Shown here piece by piece: positions 16,977 through 26,674 of a DNA stretch of 64,000 nt (positions are counted from its first letter, which is position 1; each line of letters begins with the position of its first letter). The notes beneath the pieces are model-generated. The model was not told where the DNA came from, searched no databases, and was given only the letters and a program-made list of their open reading frames with translations. The stretch is taken from positions 10,571 through 74,570 of the forward strand of contig DATAOC010000040.1 of the NCBI GenBank assembly GCA_036265915.1, given 5' to 3'. This stretch comes from Candidatus Methylomirabilota bacterium (GTDB taxonomy: Bacteria > Methylomirabilota > Methylomirabilia > Rokubacteriales > CSP1-6). Made by a program: the position numbers and the translations under genes.

Positions 16977-18602
16977 ATGCGCGCGATGACCAGCCCCGCG
17001 CCGCGCAGTCGGACGCTTGGCGATCTGCTCGACGAGATCGCGCAGACCCGGGCCGACGCCGATGCGGTGATCTATGCCGGCGAGCGGCTCACCTGGGCCG
17101 CCCTTCGCGCGCGCGTCGACGCCCTCGCGCGCGCGCTGCTGGCGGCCGGCGTGCGTCGCGGCGACCGCGTCGCCGTGCTGCTTCCGAACCGTCCCGAGTG
17201 GCTCGTGGCGGCGTTCGCCAGCGCCAGGATCGGCGCGGTCACCGTCGGCGTGAGCACGTTTTCGGCGCCGCCCGAGATCGCGTGGACGATCGCGCATTGC
17301 CGTCCGGCGGCGATCGTGACCATGGAGAGCTTCCGCGGACGCAGCTACCTGGCGCCGCTCTACGCGGCGTGTCCCGAGCTCGCGGCATCGACGCCGGGCG
17401 CGCTGCGCAGCGAGACGCTGCCCGAGCTGCGCGCGGTCATCGCCATCGACGCCCGCCGCCACGATGGCGTGGCGCGGCTCGATGACTTCATGACGCGCGC
17501 CTCCGAGGCGCCCGCCCGGGCGCTCGCGGACGCGCAGCGCGCCGTCACCGCGCCCGACCCGTGCTTCATCCTCTACACGTCGGGCTCGACGGCCACGCCC
17601 AAGGGCGTGGTGCTGCATCACGGCAGCCTCGTCGACAACGGCTTCGGCATCGGCGAGCGGATGCGGCTGACCGGCGCCGATCGCGTGTGGCTGGCGGTGC
17701 CGCTGTTCTGGTCCTTCGGCTCCGCCAACGCGCTGCCCGCGCTGCTGACGCACGGCGGTTCGCTCGTGCTCCAGGATGCGTTCGAGCCGGGCGAGGCGCT
17801 GGCGCTGCTGGATGAGGCGCGCTGCACCGTGTACTACGGCATGCCGAACATGGCGCGCGCGATGCTCGAGCATCCCGACCGTCGGCGCCGCGCGCTGGCC
17901 ACGATGCGCACGGGGCTCACGATCGGCCTGCCCGAGGATTTCGAGATGACGATGGACGCGGTGGCGGCGCGTGAGCTGTGCAACGTCTACGGCTCCACCG
18001 AGACCTACGGCAACTGCGCGGTGACCGACGCACACGACGACGTCACGCTCCGGCGCGAGAGCCAGGGCCGTCCGCTGCCCGGGATGACGATCCGCGTGGT
18101 CGAGCCCGAGACGGGCCGGCCGTTGCCCGCCGGCGAGGTGGGGGAGTTTCGCGTGAAGGGCCATGTGACGTCCGGCTACTACAACGACGCCGAGCAGACG
18201 CGCGCCGCGTTCGACGCCGAGGGCTTCTTCGTCACCGGCGACCGGGGGCTGATCGGCGACGACGGGCGCGTGCGGTTCCGCGGACGGCTCAAGGAGATGA
18301 TCAAGACGGGCGGCATCAACGTGGCGCCGCTGGAGGTCGAGGCCGTGCTGCTCGCCCACGTCGCCGTCAAGCAGGCGTACGTGGTCGGTGTGCCCGACCG
18401 CGTGCGCGGCGAGGTCGTGGTGGCTGCCGTCGAGTTGCACGACGGCGCGCCCGTGTCGGCGGAGGCGCTGGCCGCCCACTGCCGGCAGCGCCTGGCCGGC
18501 TACAAGGTGCCGGCACGCTTCGTGTTCCGGAAGGCCGACGAGTTTCCTCGCACGCCGACAGGCAAGGTGCAGAAGCCCCGGCTGCGTGACGAGCTCGCCT
18601 GA
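16977..18602 (+). CDS. AMP-dependent synthetase/ligase (acyl-CoA synthetase family)
   Basis: YTSGSTATPKGV, YGSTE, ...GDRG..., ...PTGKVQK. Start taken at the first ATG after the junk N-terminus (16977 or 16986). Confidence 0.85.
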   Translation: MRAMTSPAPRSRTLGDLLDEIAQTRADADAVIYAGERLTWAALRARVDALARALLAAGVRRGDRVAVLLPNRPEWLVAAFASARIGAVTVGVSTFSAPPEIAWTIAHCRPAAIVTMESFRGRSYLAPLYAACPELAASTPGALRSETLPELRAVIAIDARRHDGVARLDDFMTRASEAPARALADAQRAVTAPDPCFILYTSGSTATPKGVVLHHGSLVDNGFGIGERMRLTGADRVWLAVPLFWSFGSANALPALLTHGGSLVLQDAFEPGEALALLDEARCTVYYGMPNMARAMLEHPDRRRRALATMRTGLTIGLPEDFEMTMDAVAARELCNVYGSTETYGNCAVTDAHDDVTLRRESQGRPLPGMTIRVVEPETGRPLPAGEVGEFRVKGHVTSGYYNDAEQTRAAFDAEGFFVTGDRGLIGDDGRVRFRGRLKEMIKTGGINVAPLEVEAVLLAHVAVKQAYVVGVPDRVRGEVVVAAVELHDGAPVSAEALAAHCRQRLAGYKVPARFVFRKADEFPRTPTGKVQKPRLRDELA

Positions 18603-18664
18603 GCTCCCAGCGACAACGGCGCGGCGTTGACAGCGCGGCGCCGAGGCTGCTACACCCGGTCGGG

Positions 18665-19648
18665 ATGTCGAGCCCTCCCCGAGTCGTCATGGACCCCGGC
18701 CAGACGTACCGCCGTCTCGTACCGGTCGATCACCTGGCATCGCGCGTGACGCCGACCGACGACGTCTACGTCATCGCCCACATGGGGATCGCCCGCGTGG
18801 ACGTCGCGGCGTGGCGGCTGCGCGTCGACGGCCTCGTGGAGCGCCCGCTGGAGCTCGACTACGCCATGCTGACGCAGCTGCCGGCCACGGAGGTGACCGC
18901 CGTGCTCGAGTGCTTCGGCAACCCGGTCGAGCCGGACGTGGCGACGCGGCGGGTCGGCAACGTGGTCTGGCGGGGTGTGCGCCTCGGCGAGCTGCTCGAG
19001 CGCGCAGGCGTGAGCGCCGAAGCGCGCTACGTGTGTCCGGAGGGCCTGGACTCCGGGACGTTTGCGGGCGTCCACAGCGAGCGCTACGTCAAGGACTTGC
19101 CGCTGGCGCGCGCACTGGACGCCGACGTGCTGGTGGCGTGGGCGATGAACGGCGCGCCGCTGTCGCCGGAGCACGGCTTTCCGGCGCGCGTGTTCGTGCC
19201 CGGCTACTTCGGCACCAACGCGGTGAAGTGGCTCTGCCGGCTGACCCTCGCTGCCGAGCGTCCGGAGAGCCTCTTCACCACCCGGCTCTACAACCGCCGC
19301 GTCGACGGCGAGAGCCGTCCGGTGCGCGAGCTCGACGTCCACGCCGTCATCGTCGCGCCGGCCGACGGCGCCACGCTGCGGCCCGGGCGCCACACGATCA
19401 CCGGCTGGGCGTGGAGCGCCTGGCCCGTGCGCGCGGTGGAGGTCAGCACCGACGATGGCGCGCGGTGGCAGGACGCGGAGGTGACGCCGCGCGGCGCCGA
19501 CCATCAGTGGCAGCGGTTCACGTACGCCTGGAACGTCGCGACGCCCGGCCGCTACGCCGTGCACGCCCGCGCCGCGGATGCGCGCGGACGCGTGCAGCCG
19601 GCGGCCGGCCGCAATCGCACCCACAGCATCAGCGTCGCCGTGGCCTGA
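18665..19648 (+). CDS. Molybdopterin-dependent oxidoreductase, sulfite-oxidase family (Moco-binding + dimerisation domains), cytoplasmic
   Basis: ...LECFGNP..., ...GYFGTNAVKWL..., plus a C-terminal Ig-like domain. No signal peptide. Confidence 0.8.
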   Translation: MSSPPRVVMDPGQTYRRLVPVDHLASRVTPTDDVYVIAHMGIARVDVAAWRLRVDGLVERPLELDYAMLTQLPATEVTAVLECFGNPVEPDVATRRVGNVVWRGVRLGELLERAGVSAEARYVCPEGLDSGTFAGVHSERYVKDLPLARALDADVLVAWAMNGAPLSPEHGFPARVFVPGYFGTNAVKWLCRLTLAAERPESLFTTRLYNRRVDGESRPVRELDVHAVIVAPADGATLRPGRHTITGWAWSAWPVRAVEVSTDDGARWQDAEVTPRGADHQWQRFTYAWNVATPGRYAVHARAADARGRVQPAAGRNRTHSISVAVA

Positions 19649-19668
19649 GCCCGGCGAGGGGAGCCCCC

Positions 19669-21054
19669 ATGGCGAGCGAGCTTCATCGACGAGACTTTCT
19701 GGCCGGACTCGGCATCACCCTGGGCGGCGCGGCCCTCGGCGTCGCGGGTGACGTCGCGGTCGCCGGCGTGGCCGAGGCGCAGGATGCGGCGAAGGGCCGG
19801 ATCCCGGAGATGCCGGTGAAGTTCGGGCACATCACGATCCAGTCCGGGCCCGGGGCGATCCTGGGGCTGCCATCGCTCAAGGGCCACACGCTCGCGGCCG
19901 AGGAGATCAACGCGGCGGGCGGCCTGCTCGGCAAGCGGAGGATCGACACGCTCACGGCCGACGAGGCGGCGGGGCCCGAAGCGACCGTGAAGGAAGTCAA
20001 GCGCATGAAGCTCGTCGAGAAGATCGACTACTTCTCCGGCGTGATCGCCGCGCACAATCAGCTCGCGGTGGGGCCCGTGGTCGAGGAGCTGAAGCTCCTG
20101 ACCATCATGACCGAGGGCTGCATCGACAAGCTGTTCGAGGTCGAGGTCCCGAACCCGCGATACCTGTTCGGGATGACGAACATCCTGTCGGCCGACGGCG
20201 TCACCACCGCGCTGGCGATCGCGAAGGCGTGGCCCGACGTGAAGCGCATCGCGGTGGTGAACCCGGACTACGCGTTCGGCCGCTGGTTCCAGCTCCACTT
20301 CGACGCCGCGCGCGAGAAGCTCCTGCCCGCCTCCGAGATCGTGTCGGAGGTCTGGGCGCCGTTTCCGAACACCATCGACTTCACCTCGCACATCACGAAG
20401 ACGCTGAGCGCCCGGCCCGACCTCGTCGTCACGTCGATGTGGGGCGGCATGTACGTGTCGTTCTACAAGCAGGCGCTGCGACAGGGACTGTTCAACCACG
20501 CCCGCCTGGCCGGCAACATCAACTTCGGCGTGGTGCCGCAGGCGATCGGCAAGGACCATCCGGAAGGCGCGCTCGCCGGCGTGCATTCCAACTACCATTT
20601 CGCCTACGCGCCCGCGGCCCACTCGGCCGCCAACCGGCGGTTCGTCGCCGCCTACCAGAAGCGGTGGAACGAGTACCCGAGCTATGCGGCCGAGGCCGCG
20701 TACACGGGGCTCTATCTCTTCAAGACGGCGGTGGAGAAAGCCAACCGTGAGGTCGGCGGCTGGCCCGAGGACGACGCGATCATCAAGCAGCTGGAGGGGC
20801 TCAGCATCGAGGCGCCGGCCGGCCTCGTCACCGTGCGCAAGGAGGACCACCGCGCCTACAAGGACGTCAAGGTCGGGTTCAGCAAGAACCTGCCCGACTA
20901 CCCGTTCCCGGTCTGGGACCCGGAGCGGATCATGACCATTCCGGTGAGCACCATGACCGCGCCACCGACCTGGCCGAAGCCGGGCAAGGGGCACAACGAT
21001 CCCTCGGCGACGGTGAACTGGATCAAGACGACGTGGAAGAAGGCAGGCGCGTGA
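19669..21054 (+). CDS. HAAT-family (LivK/amide-urea type) periplasmic substrate-binding protein with a Tat signal
   Basis: MASELHRRDFLAGLGITLGGAALGVAG twin-arginine leader. Type-I periplasmic-binding fold. No cognate permease genes on this strand. Confidence 0.85.
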   Translation: MASELHRRDFLAGLGITLGGAALGVAGDVAVAGVAEAQDAAKGRIPEMPVKFGHITIQSGPGAILGLPSLKGHTLAAEEINAAGGLLGKRRIDTLTADEAAGPEATVKEVKRMKLVEKIDYFSGVIAAHNQLAVGPVVEELKLLTIMTEGCIDKLFEVEVPNPRYLFGMTNILSADGVTTALAIAKAWPDVKRIAVVNPDYAFGRWFQLHFDAAREKLLPASEIVSEVWAPFPNTIDFTSHITKTLSARPDLVVTSMWGGMYVSFYKQALRQGLFNHARLAGNINFGVVPQAIGKDHPEGALAGVHSNYHFAYAPAAHSAANRRFVAAYQKRWNEYPSYAAEAAYTGLYLFKTAVEKANREVGGWPEDDAIIKQLEGLSIEAPAGLVTVRKEDHRAYKDVKVGFSKNLPDYPFPVWDPERIMTIPVSTMTAPPTWPKPGKGHNDPSATVNWIKTTWKKAGA

Positions 21055-22082
21055 TGGCCGCGGTGAAGGTCGCGGCGGCTCACGTCGCCCCCGTGTTCCT
21101 CGATCGCGAGAAGACGGTGGCCAAGGCGTGCGCGCTCGTCGAGGAGGCCGCGCGCCACGGCGCCGCGCTCGTCGCGTTCCCCGAGACGTACGTGCCCGCC
21201 TTCCCCCTGTGGTCCGCGGTGGTGGCGCCGATCCACAACCACGACTGGTTCAAGCGCCTGGCCGCCAACAGCGTGCGCTGCCCGGGTCCCGAGCTCGACC
21301 GCATCGCGGCCGCGGCGCGGCGCCACGGTATCGTCGTGTCGGTCGGCTTCAACGAGGGAACCGCCGACAGCGTCGGCTGCATCTGGAACAGCAACGTCCT
21401 CATCGGCGAGGACGGCGCCATCCTGAACCACCACCGCAAGCTGGTGCCCACGTTCTGGGAGAAGCTGACGTGGGCCAACGGCGACGGCGCCGGCCTGCGC
21501 GTGTGCCCGACGCGGCTCGGCCGCATCGGCGTGCTGATCTGTGGCGAGAACACCAACCCGCTCGCCCGCTACACGCTGATGGCGCAGGGCGAGCAGATCC
21601 ACGTGTCGACCTATCCGCCCGTGTGGCCGACGCGCGACCCACGCGGCGGCGGCAACTACGACCTCGCCTCGGCCATCCGCATCCGTGCCGGCGCGCACTC
21701 GTTCGAGGCCAAGGCGTTCAACATCGTCGCGTCGGGCTTCCTCGACGCCGCCATGCGCGAGGAGCTCGCGACGCTGGGGCCAGAGGCGGTGCGCGTGCTG
21801 GAGCAGAGCCCGCGCGCGGTGTCGGTGGTCATCGGGCCGAGTGGCGAGCCCGTGAGTGAGGTGCTCGGCGATCACGAAGGGCTGCTCTACGCGACGATCG
21901 ACACGAGCGCGTGCGTGGAGCCCAAGCAGTTCCACGACGTGGTCGGCTACTACAACCGGTTCGACGTGTTCCACCTGACCGTCGATCGCACGCGGCAGCG
22001 GCCGGTGGCGTTCCGGGCGACCGACGGCGCGCCGCGGCCGGCGGAGCTCGACGTCGCCGACGAGCCCGCGCCGCCGGCCTGA
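21054..22082 (+). CDS. Carbon-nitrogen hydrolase, nitrilase/cyanide-hydratase branch
   Basis: ATG overlaps the SBP stop (TGATG). Glu (AFPETY), Lys (HRKLVPT) and Cys (LICGENTNP) positions of the nitrilase triad are present. Confidence 0.85.
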   Translation: MAAVKVAAAHVAPVFLDREKTVAKACALVEEAARHGAALVAFPETYVPAFPLWSAVVAPIHNHDWFKRLAANSVRCPGPELDRIAAAARRHGIVVSVGFNEGTADSVGCIWNSNVLIGEDGAILNHHRKLVPTFWEKLTWANGDGAGLRVCPTRLGRIGVLICGENTNPLARYTLMAQGEQIHVSTYPPVWPTRDPRGGGNYDLASAIRIRAGAHSFEAKAFNIVASGFLDAAMREELATLGPEAVRVLEQSPRAVSVVIGPSGEPVSEVLGDHEGLLYATIDTSACVEPKQFHDVVGYYNRFDVFHLTVDRTRQRPVAFRATDGAPRPAELDVADEPAPPA

Positions 22083-22106
22083 GCGCCGCGCGCTCCGTCT
22101 GGTCCG

Positions 22107-22814
22107 TCAGGTGCCGAGGTACGCGTGCTGCACGCGCGGGTCGGCTAGCAGCGTGTCGCGCTCACCGACCAGCACCACGCGCCCGGTCTCGAGCACGTAG
22201 CCGCGATCGCACAGCTCGAGCGCTTCGACCACGCGCTGCTCGACGAGCAGGATGGTGAGTCTGCGCGCGCGGCGGATGGCCGCGATCGCCTCGAAGATCA
22301 GCTCCACCACGCGCGGCCCGAGCCCCTGCGACGGCTCGTCGAGCAGCAGCAGATCCGGCCGAGCCATCAGCGCGCGGCCGATGGCGAGCATCTGCTGCTC
22401 GCCGCCCGACAGCGAGCCCGCGAGCTGCGTACGCCGCTCTCGGAGCACCGGGAAGAGCGCATAGACGACGTCGAGGCTCTCGGCCCGCTGCGGGCGCGCC
22501 GCCGGGCGGAAGGAGCCCATCTCGAGATTTTCCAGCACGCTCATCGAGGGAAACACGCGGCGCCCCTCCGGCACGTGGGCGATGCCGAGCCGCGCGCGGG
22601 CGTGCGCGCGAAGCGCGCCGATGTCGGCGCCGCGGTACTCGATGCGCCCGGCCGCCGGCGCGACGCCGCCGCCGATCGCCCGCAGCAGCGTCGTCTTGCC
22701 AGCGCCGTTCGGCCCGACGATGGTGACGAACTCGCCCTCGCCGACGGCGAGCGACGCGTCGACGATCGCGTGGAGCCCACCGTACGAGACGCTAAGCCCG
22801 GAGACCGTCAGCAT
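22107..22814 (-). CDS. livF: HAAT-family ABC ATP-binding protein (LivF-like)
   Basis: Walker A GPNGAGKTT. LSGGEQQ signature. Short LivF-type length. Confidence 0.9.
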   Translation of the reverse strand: MLTVSGLSVSYGGLHAIVDASLAVGEGEFVTIVGPNGAGKTTLLRAIGGGVAPAAGRIEYRGADIGALRAHARARLGIAHVPEGRRVFPSMSVLENLEMGSFRPAARPQRAESLDVVYALFPVLRERRTQLAGSLSGGEQQMLAIGRALMARPDLLLLDEPSQGLGPRVVELIFEAIAAIRRARRLTILLVEQRVVEALELCDRGYVLETGRVVLVGERDTLLADPRVQHAYLGT

Positions 22815-24555
22815 GGCGAAGCCAGCGCTTGCCGAGGTAGGCCTCGATCACGGTGGGGTCGCGCACGACGTCGTTCGGCGCGCCCTCCGCGATGCGGCGG
22901 CCGTGATCGAGCACGACGAGCCGATCGACCAGCGGCACCACCGCGTACATCGTGTGCTCGATGATGACGACAGTCACGCCGGACTCGCGCAGTCGTCGGA
23001 CGAGCGCGGCCATCGTCTCGACGCCGTCGCGGGAGAGCCCGGCCAGCGGCTCGTCCAGCAGGATGAGCTCCGGGACGCTGGCCAGGCAGCGGGCCAGCTC
23101 CATCAGCCGCAGGTCCAGCGTGGTGAGGCCGGACGGAACGTCGTCGGCGCGCGACGTGAGCCCGACCGTCTCCAGCGCCGCGAGCGCGCGCTCGCGCGCG
23201 GCGGCGGTCGCCCGCTCGTGCGCGAAGGCGCCGACCATCACGTTGTCGAGGACGGTGAGCTGAGGAAACGTCCGGACGACCTGGAACGTGCGGCCGATGC
23301 CGCGACGGCAGACGGCGCTCGGCCGCAGGCCGACGATGCTCTCGCCACGGTACCGCACGTCGCCCGCGTCGGGTCCGAGGAAGCCGTTGAGCACGTTGAA
23401 GAGCGTCGTCTTGCCGGCGCCGTTCGGGCCGATGACGCCGAGAACCTCGCCTGTGCGCACGGTGAAGCTCACGTCGTCGAGCGCGTGCAGACCGAGGAAC
23501 GCGCGCGACACACCGGCCACCTCGAGCAGCGTGCCGCCCGGCGCGGCCGACGCGCGGCCGGGCGGCGCCGCGACGGCGTGCGGCTTCGCCATCGCGGGCG
23601 CGCGCTCGCCGACGGGCCGCCGCCGGCGGAGCGCGTGCAGGCGCCAGTAGATGCCCTCGGGGGCGAACAGCGTGACGACGACCAGCGCGGCGCCGTACAC
23701 GACGCCCTGGATGCCGGGCAGCCGGTCGCCGACGGTGGCGTCCAGCGTCTCGCTCAGCGGCACCATGATCACGGCGCCGATGAGCGGCCCCCATTTGCTG
23801 CCGATGCCGCCGACGAGGCAGACGACGAGCGTCTGGACGATGACGAGGACGCCGAAGACGGCCTCCGGCGTGACGACGAACAGGATCGCGTGCGCGTAGA
23901 TGGCGCCGATCACGGCGGCGGGCGCGGCGCTGAGCATGTAGGCGAGCATCTTGGCGCGGAACGTGTCGACGCCGGCGGCCTCGGCCGCCTGCTCGTTGGC
24001 GCGCAGCGCGCGCAGCGCGTAGCCGAGTCGCGAGCCCTCGATCCAGTCCGACAGCAGCAGGGTGCCGGCGAGCGCGGCCAGCGCGAGCAGGTCGTAGACG
24101 CGCGGATCCCCGAACTGCATGAACGCGGCCGGGCGGTCGCGCACCATGGGTATCGACACTTCCTGGTAGCCGAGGTAGTCCATCACGATGCGGAAGATGA
24201 GCGGATAGGCGAGCGTGGCGAGCGCGAAGTAGATTCCCGCCAGGCGGAAGGTCGGCAGCCCGATGAGGACGGCGGCCAGCACCGCCGCCAGCGCGCCCAC
24301 GAGCATGCCGAGCCACGGGCTGAGCCGTGCGGTGACGACGAGCAGCACCGTGACGTACGCCCCGATCCCGAAGAACGCCTGATGGCCGAACGACGTCTGG
24401 CCCGCATAGCCGCTGATGATGTTCCAGGCGAGGCCCATGGTGGCCCACACGAGGACCAGCGTGAAGATGCGGTGGTGGTAACGCTCGCCGAGGGCGAAGG
24501 CAACGGCCACGCCGAGCAGCACCACCAGCGCCATCGGCAGCAGCCGCCGCATCAC
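22792..24555 (-). CDS. Fused HAAT-family permease-ATPase (LivM-LivG fusion)
   Basis: N-terminal LivM-type TM domain followed by a LivG-type ATPase (GPNGAGKTT...LAGLS...). Confidence 0.9.
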   Translation of the reverse strand: MMRRLLPMALVVLLGVAVAFALGERYHHRIFTLVLVWATMGLAWNIISGYAGQTSFGHQAFFGIGAYVTVLLVVTARLSPWLGMLVGALAAVLAAVLIGLPTFRLAGIYFALATLAYPLIFRIVMDYLGYQEVSIPMVRDRPAAFMQFGDPRVYDLLALAALAGTLLLSDWIEGSRLGYALRALRANEQAAEAAGVDTFRAKMLAYMLSAAPAAVIGAIYAHAILFVVTPEAVFGVLVIVQTLVVCLVGGIGSKWGPLIGAVIMVPLSETLDATVGDRLPGIQGVVYGAALVVVTLFAPEGIYWRLHALRRRRPVGERAPAMAKPHAVAAPPGRASAAPGGTLLEVAGVSRAFLGLHALDDVSFTVRTGEVLGVIGPNGAGKTTLFNVLNGFLGPDAGDVRYRGESIVGLRPSAVCRRGIGRTFQVVRTFPQLTVLDNVMVGAFAHERATAAARERALAALETVGLTSRADDVPSGLTTLDLRLMELARCLASVPELILLDEPLAGLSRDGVETMAALVRRLRESGVTVVIIEHTMYAVVPLVDRLVVLDHGRRIAEGAPNDVVRDPTVIEAYLGKRWLRHADGLRA

Positions 24556-25442
24556 ACGGCGCGCAGTCGCCGGCCGAACAGCCCTTGCGGTCTCAGGTAG
24601 AGCACCAGCAGGAAGGTGACGAACACGCCGACGTTCTGCAGCTGGAACGGCAGCACGAGCAGCGTGAGCGACTGCACGAGCCCGATGAGCAGTCCGCCCG
24701 CGAACGCGCCGGGGATGGAGCCGAGCCCGCCCAGCACGACCGCGACGAACATCAGCACGATGAAGTTCACGGCCACCGTCGGCTCGATCGGATGGTACGT
24801 CGCGAGCAGGCCGCCGGCGGCGGCGACGAGGGCGATGCCGACGCCGAAGGCGAGGCCGTGCATGGCGCGGACATCGATGCCCTGGTAGGCAGCCGCCTCC
24901 GGATCGTCAGCGGCGGCGCGCAGCGCCTTGCCGAGATCTGTGCGCGTGAGGAAGACGTACACGCCGGCGGCCAGCACCAGCGCCATGGCGAACGCGTACG
25001 AGCGCGCCTGGTTCAGCAGCAGGCCGCCCACGGCGAAGGCGTGCGTGGCGTACGCGGTCCGGATGCCGCGCGGCATCGGCGTCAGCAGCATGGTGGCGCC
25101 GTTGGTGACGATGAGCGACAGCCCGAGGGTGAGGATCAGCTGCGCGTCCATCAGCCGCTGGGCGTCGCCGCCACCGGTGACGTGAACCAGCAGCGTCCGG
25201 TGCACGAGCACGCCGAGCAGGAAGAACGGCGGGATCACGACGAGCGCGCCGAGGAGCGGATCGACGCCGGCCAGGGCCAGGAAGTACGTGACGTACATCC
25301 CGAGCATCATGAAATCGCCCTGAGCGAAGTTGACCACGCGCATGACGCCGAAGATCAGCGCCAGCCCGATGCTCATGAGCGCGTAGACGCCGCCCACGAG
25401 CAGGCCCGTCACGACGTACTGCGCGAGATCGGCCGCCGCCAC
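24552..25442 (-). CDS. livH: HAAT-family permease (LivH-like)
   Basis: 296-aa polytopic membrane protein with LivH architecture. 4-nt overlap with the next gene. Confidence 0.9.
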   Translation of the reverse strand: MAAADLAQYVVTGLLVGGVYALMSIGLALIFGVMRVVNFAQGDFMMLGMYVTYFLALAGVDPLLGALVVIPPFFLLGVLVHRTLLVHVTGGGDAQRLMDAQLILTLGLSLIVTNGATMLLTPMPRGIRTAYATHAFAVGGLLLNQARSYAFAMALVLAAGVYVFLTRTDLGKALRAAADDPEAAAYQGIDVRAMHGLAFGVGIALVAAAGGLLATYHPIEPTVAVNFIVLMFVAVVLGGLGSIPGAFAGGLLIGLVQSLTLLVLPFQLQNVGVFVTFLLVLYLRPQGLFGRRLRAV

Positions 25443-25448
25443 CCGCCG

Positions 25449-26663
25449 CTACTTGGCGCCGTGCCAGTTGGGCTTGCGCGTCGCGTACTCCGCCGGCACC
25501 ACCGTGAACGGCTCGCCGTTCTGCCACTGCACGATGATCGGCGCCGCCCCGATGCGCCGGCCGCGCTCGTCGTACTTGATGCGCCCGGGCGCCAGGGTGG
25601 TGGCGGCGGGTCCCGTTCGCAGATCGAGCTTGGCCACCGCGTCGCGGATGGCCCGGGGATCGGCGGACTTCGCCATCTCCGCCGCTTCCTTGATGATCCA
25701 GACGTGCGCGTACGCCATGAGCGGATCCTGCGTCATGAACGGCTCGCCCGTGCGCTCGGTGAAGCGCTTGACCAGCTCCTCCTGACCCTTCAGCGGGTGC
25801 GCGGCGACCACCGACATGATGTTGTCGAGCAGCTCCTTGCCGACGGTCTTGACGTACTCGGGCGTGACCAGCCAGGCGCCGACGCCCTGGATCGGCACCT
25901 TGACGCCGAACTCCTTCACTTTCTGCAGCACCTGGATCGAGTCCGGGAAGTTGGTGGCGCCGTAGAAGACGATGTCGGGCTGCGTTCCGCGAAGCTTCTG
26001 CACGATGGCGGTGGCGTCGGCGAGCGGCGGCGTCCACACCTCGTCCACGACGATCTCGATGCCCTTGGCCTTGAGCAGCTTCTCGCGCAGCGGCTTGAAG
26101 AAGAACACGGTGGCCGCGGTGTTGTCGCCGACGATGGCGGCCTTCCGGATCGGCTGGTTGTTGCGCTTCGCGAGGTCGACCACGAGGTCCAGCGCCTGCT
26201 CGGCCTGCACGGAGGACACGGGGCTCGTCTGGAACGTGTACTTGAAGCCGCGCTCCGTGATCGAGTCCGCGTAGGAGAGCGTGAACCACGGCACCTCGAG
26301 GCGCTCGGCGACCTCGGTCACGCCGAGCGTGAACGAGCTGAGCCAGGCGCCGATGCCGGCGCTGATCTTCTCGCGCGTCAGCGCGCGCTGGGCCGCGCTC
26401 ACGGCCTTCTCCACGCTATCGCCGGCGTCCGCCTCGCGCAGCACCAGCTTGGCGCCGCCGAGGGCCTTGATCCCGCCCTGCGCGTTGATCTCGGCGATCG
26501 CCATCTCGGCGCCCATCTTCTTGAGCTGCCCCTGGCGCGCCCAGCGCCCGGAGAGCGGCACCACCAGCGCGATCTTCACGTCGTCGGCCGCGCGGGCGGT
26601 GAGGGGAAGCAGCGTCATCGGCGCCGCCAGCAGCACGGCGAGCAGGAGCGCGAGTGGCTTCAT
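25449..26663 (-). CDS. HAAT-family periplasmic substrate-binding protein (LivK-like)
   Basis: Signal peptide MKPLALLLAVLLAAPMTLLPLTARA. SD AGGAG before ATG 26663 (confirmed by counting 404 aa back from the stop). Confidence 0.9.
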   Translation of the reverse strand: MKPLALLLAVLLAAPMTLLPLTARAADDVKIALVVPLSGRWARQGQLKKMGAEMAIAEINAQGGIKALGGAKLVLREADAGDSVEKAVSAAQRALTREKISAGIGAWLSSFTLGVTEVAERLEVPWFTLSYADSITERGFKYTFQTSPVSSVQAEQALDLVVDLAKRNNQPIRKAAIVGDNTAATVFFFKPLREKLLKAKGIEIVVDEVWTPPLADATAIVQKLRGTQPDIVFYGATNFPDSIQVLQKVKEFGVKVPIQGVGAWLVTPEYVKTVGKELLDNIMSVVAAHPLKGQEELVKRFTERTGEPFMTQDPLMAYAHVWIIKEAAEMAKSADPRAIRDAVAKLDLRTGPAATTLAPGRIKYDERGRRIGAAPIIVQWQNGEPFTVVPAEYATRKPNWHGAK

Positions 26664-26674
26664 CGATCGTCTCC

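Noticed and set aside
22083-22106. Possible bidirectional terminator between the convergent nitrilase and livF genes
   Set aside because: Only 24 nt are available and no convincing hairpin + T-tract is visible. GC-rich organisms often lack canonical intrinsic terminators.
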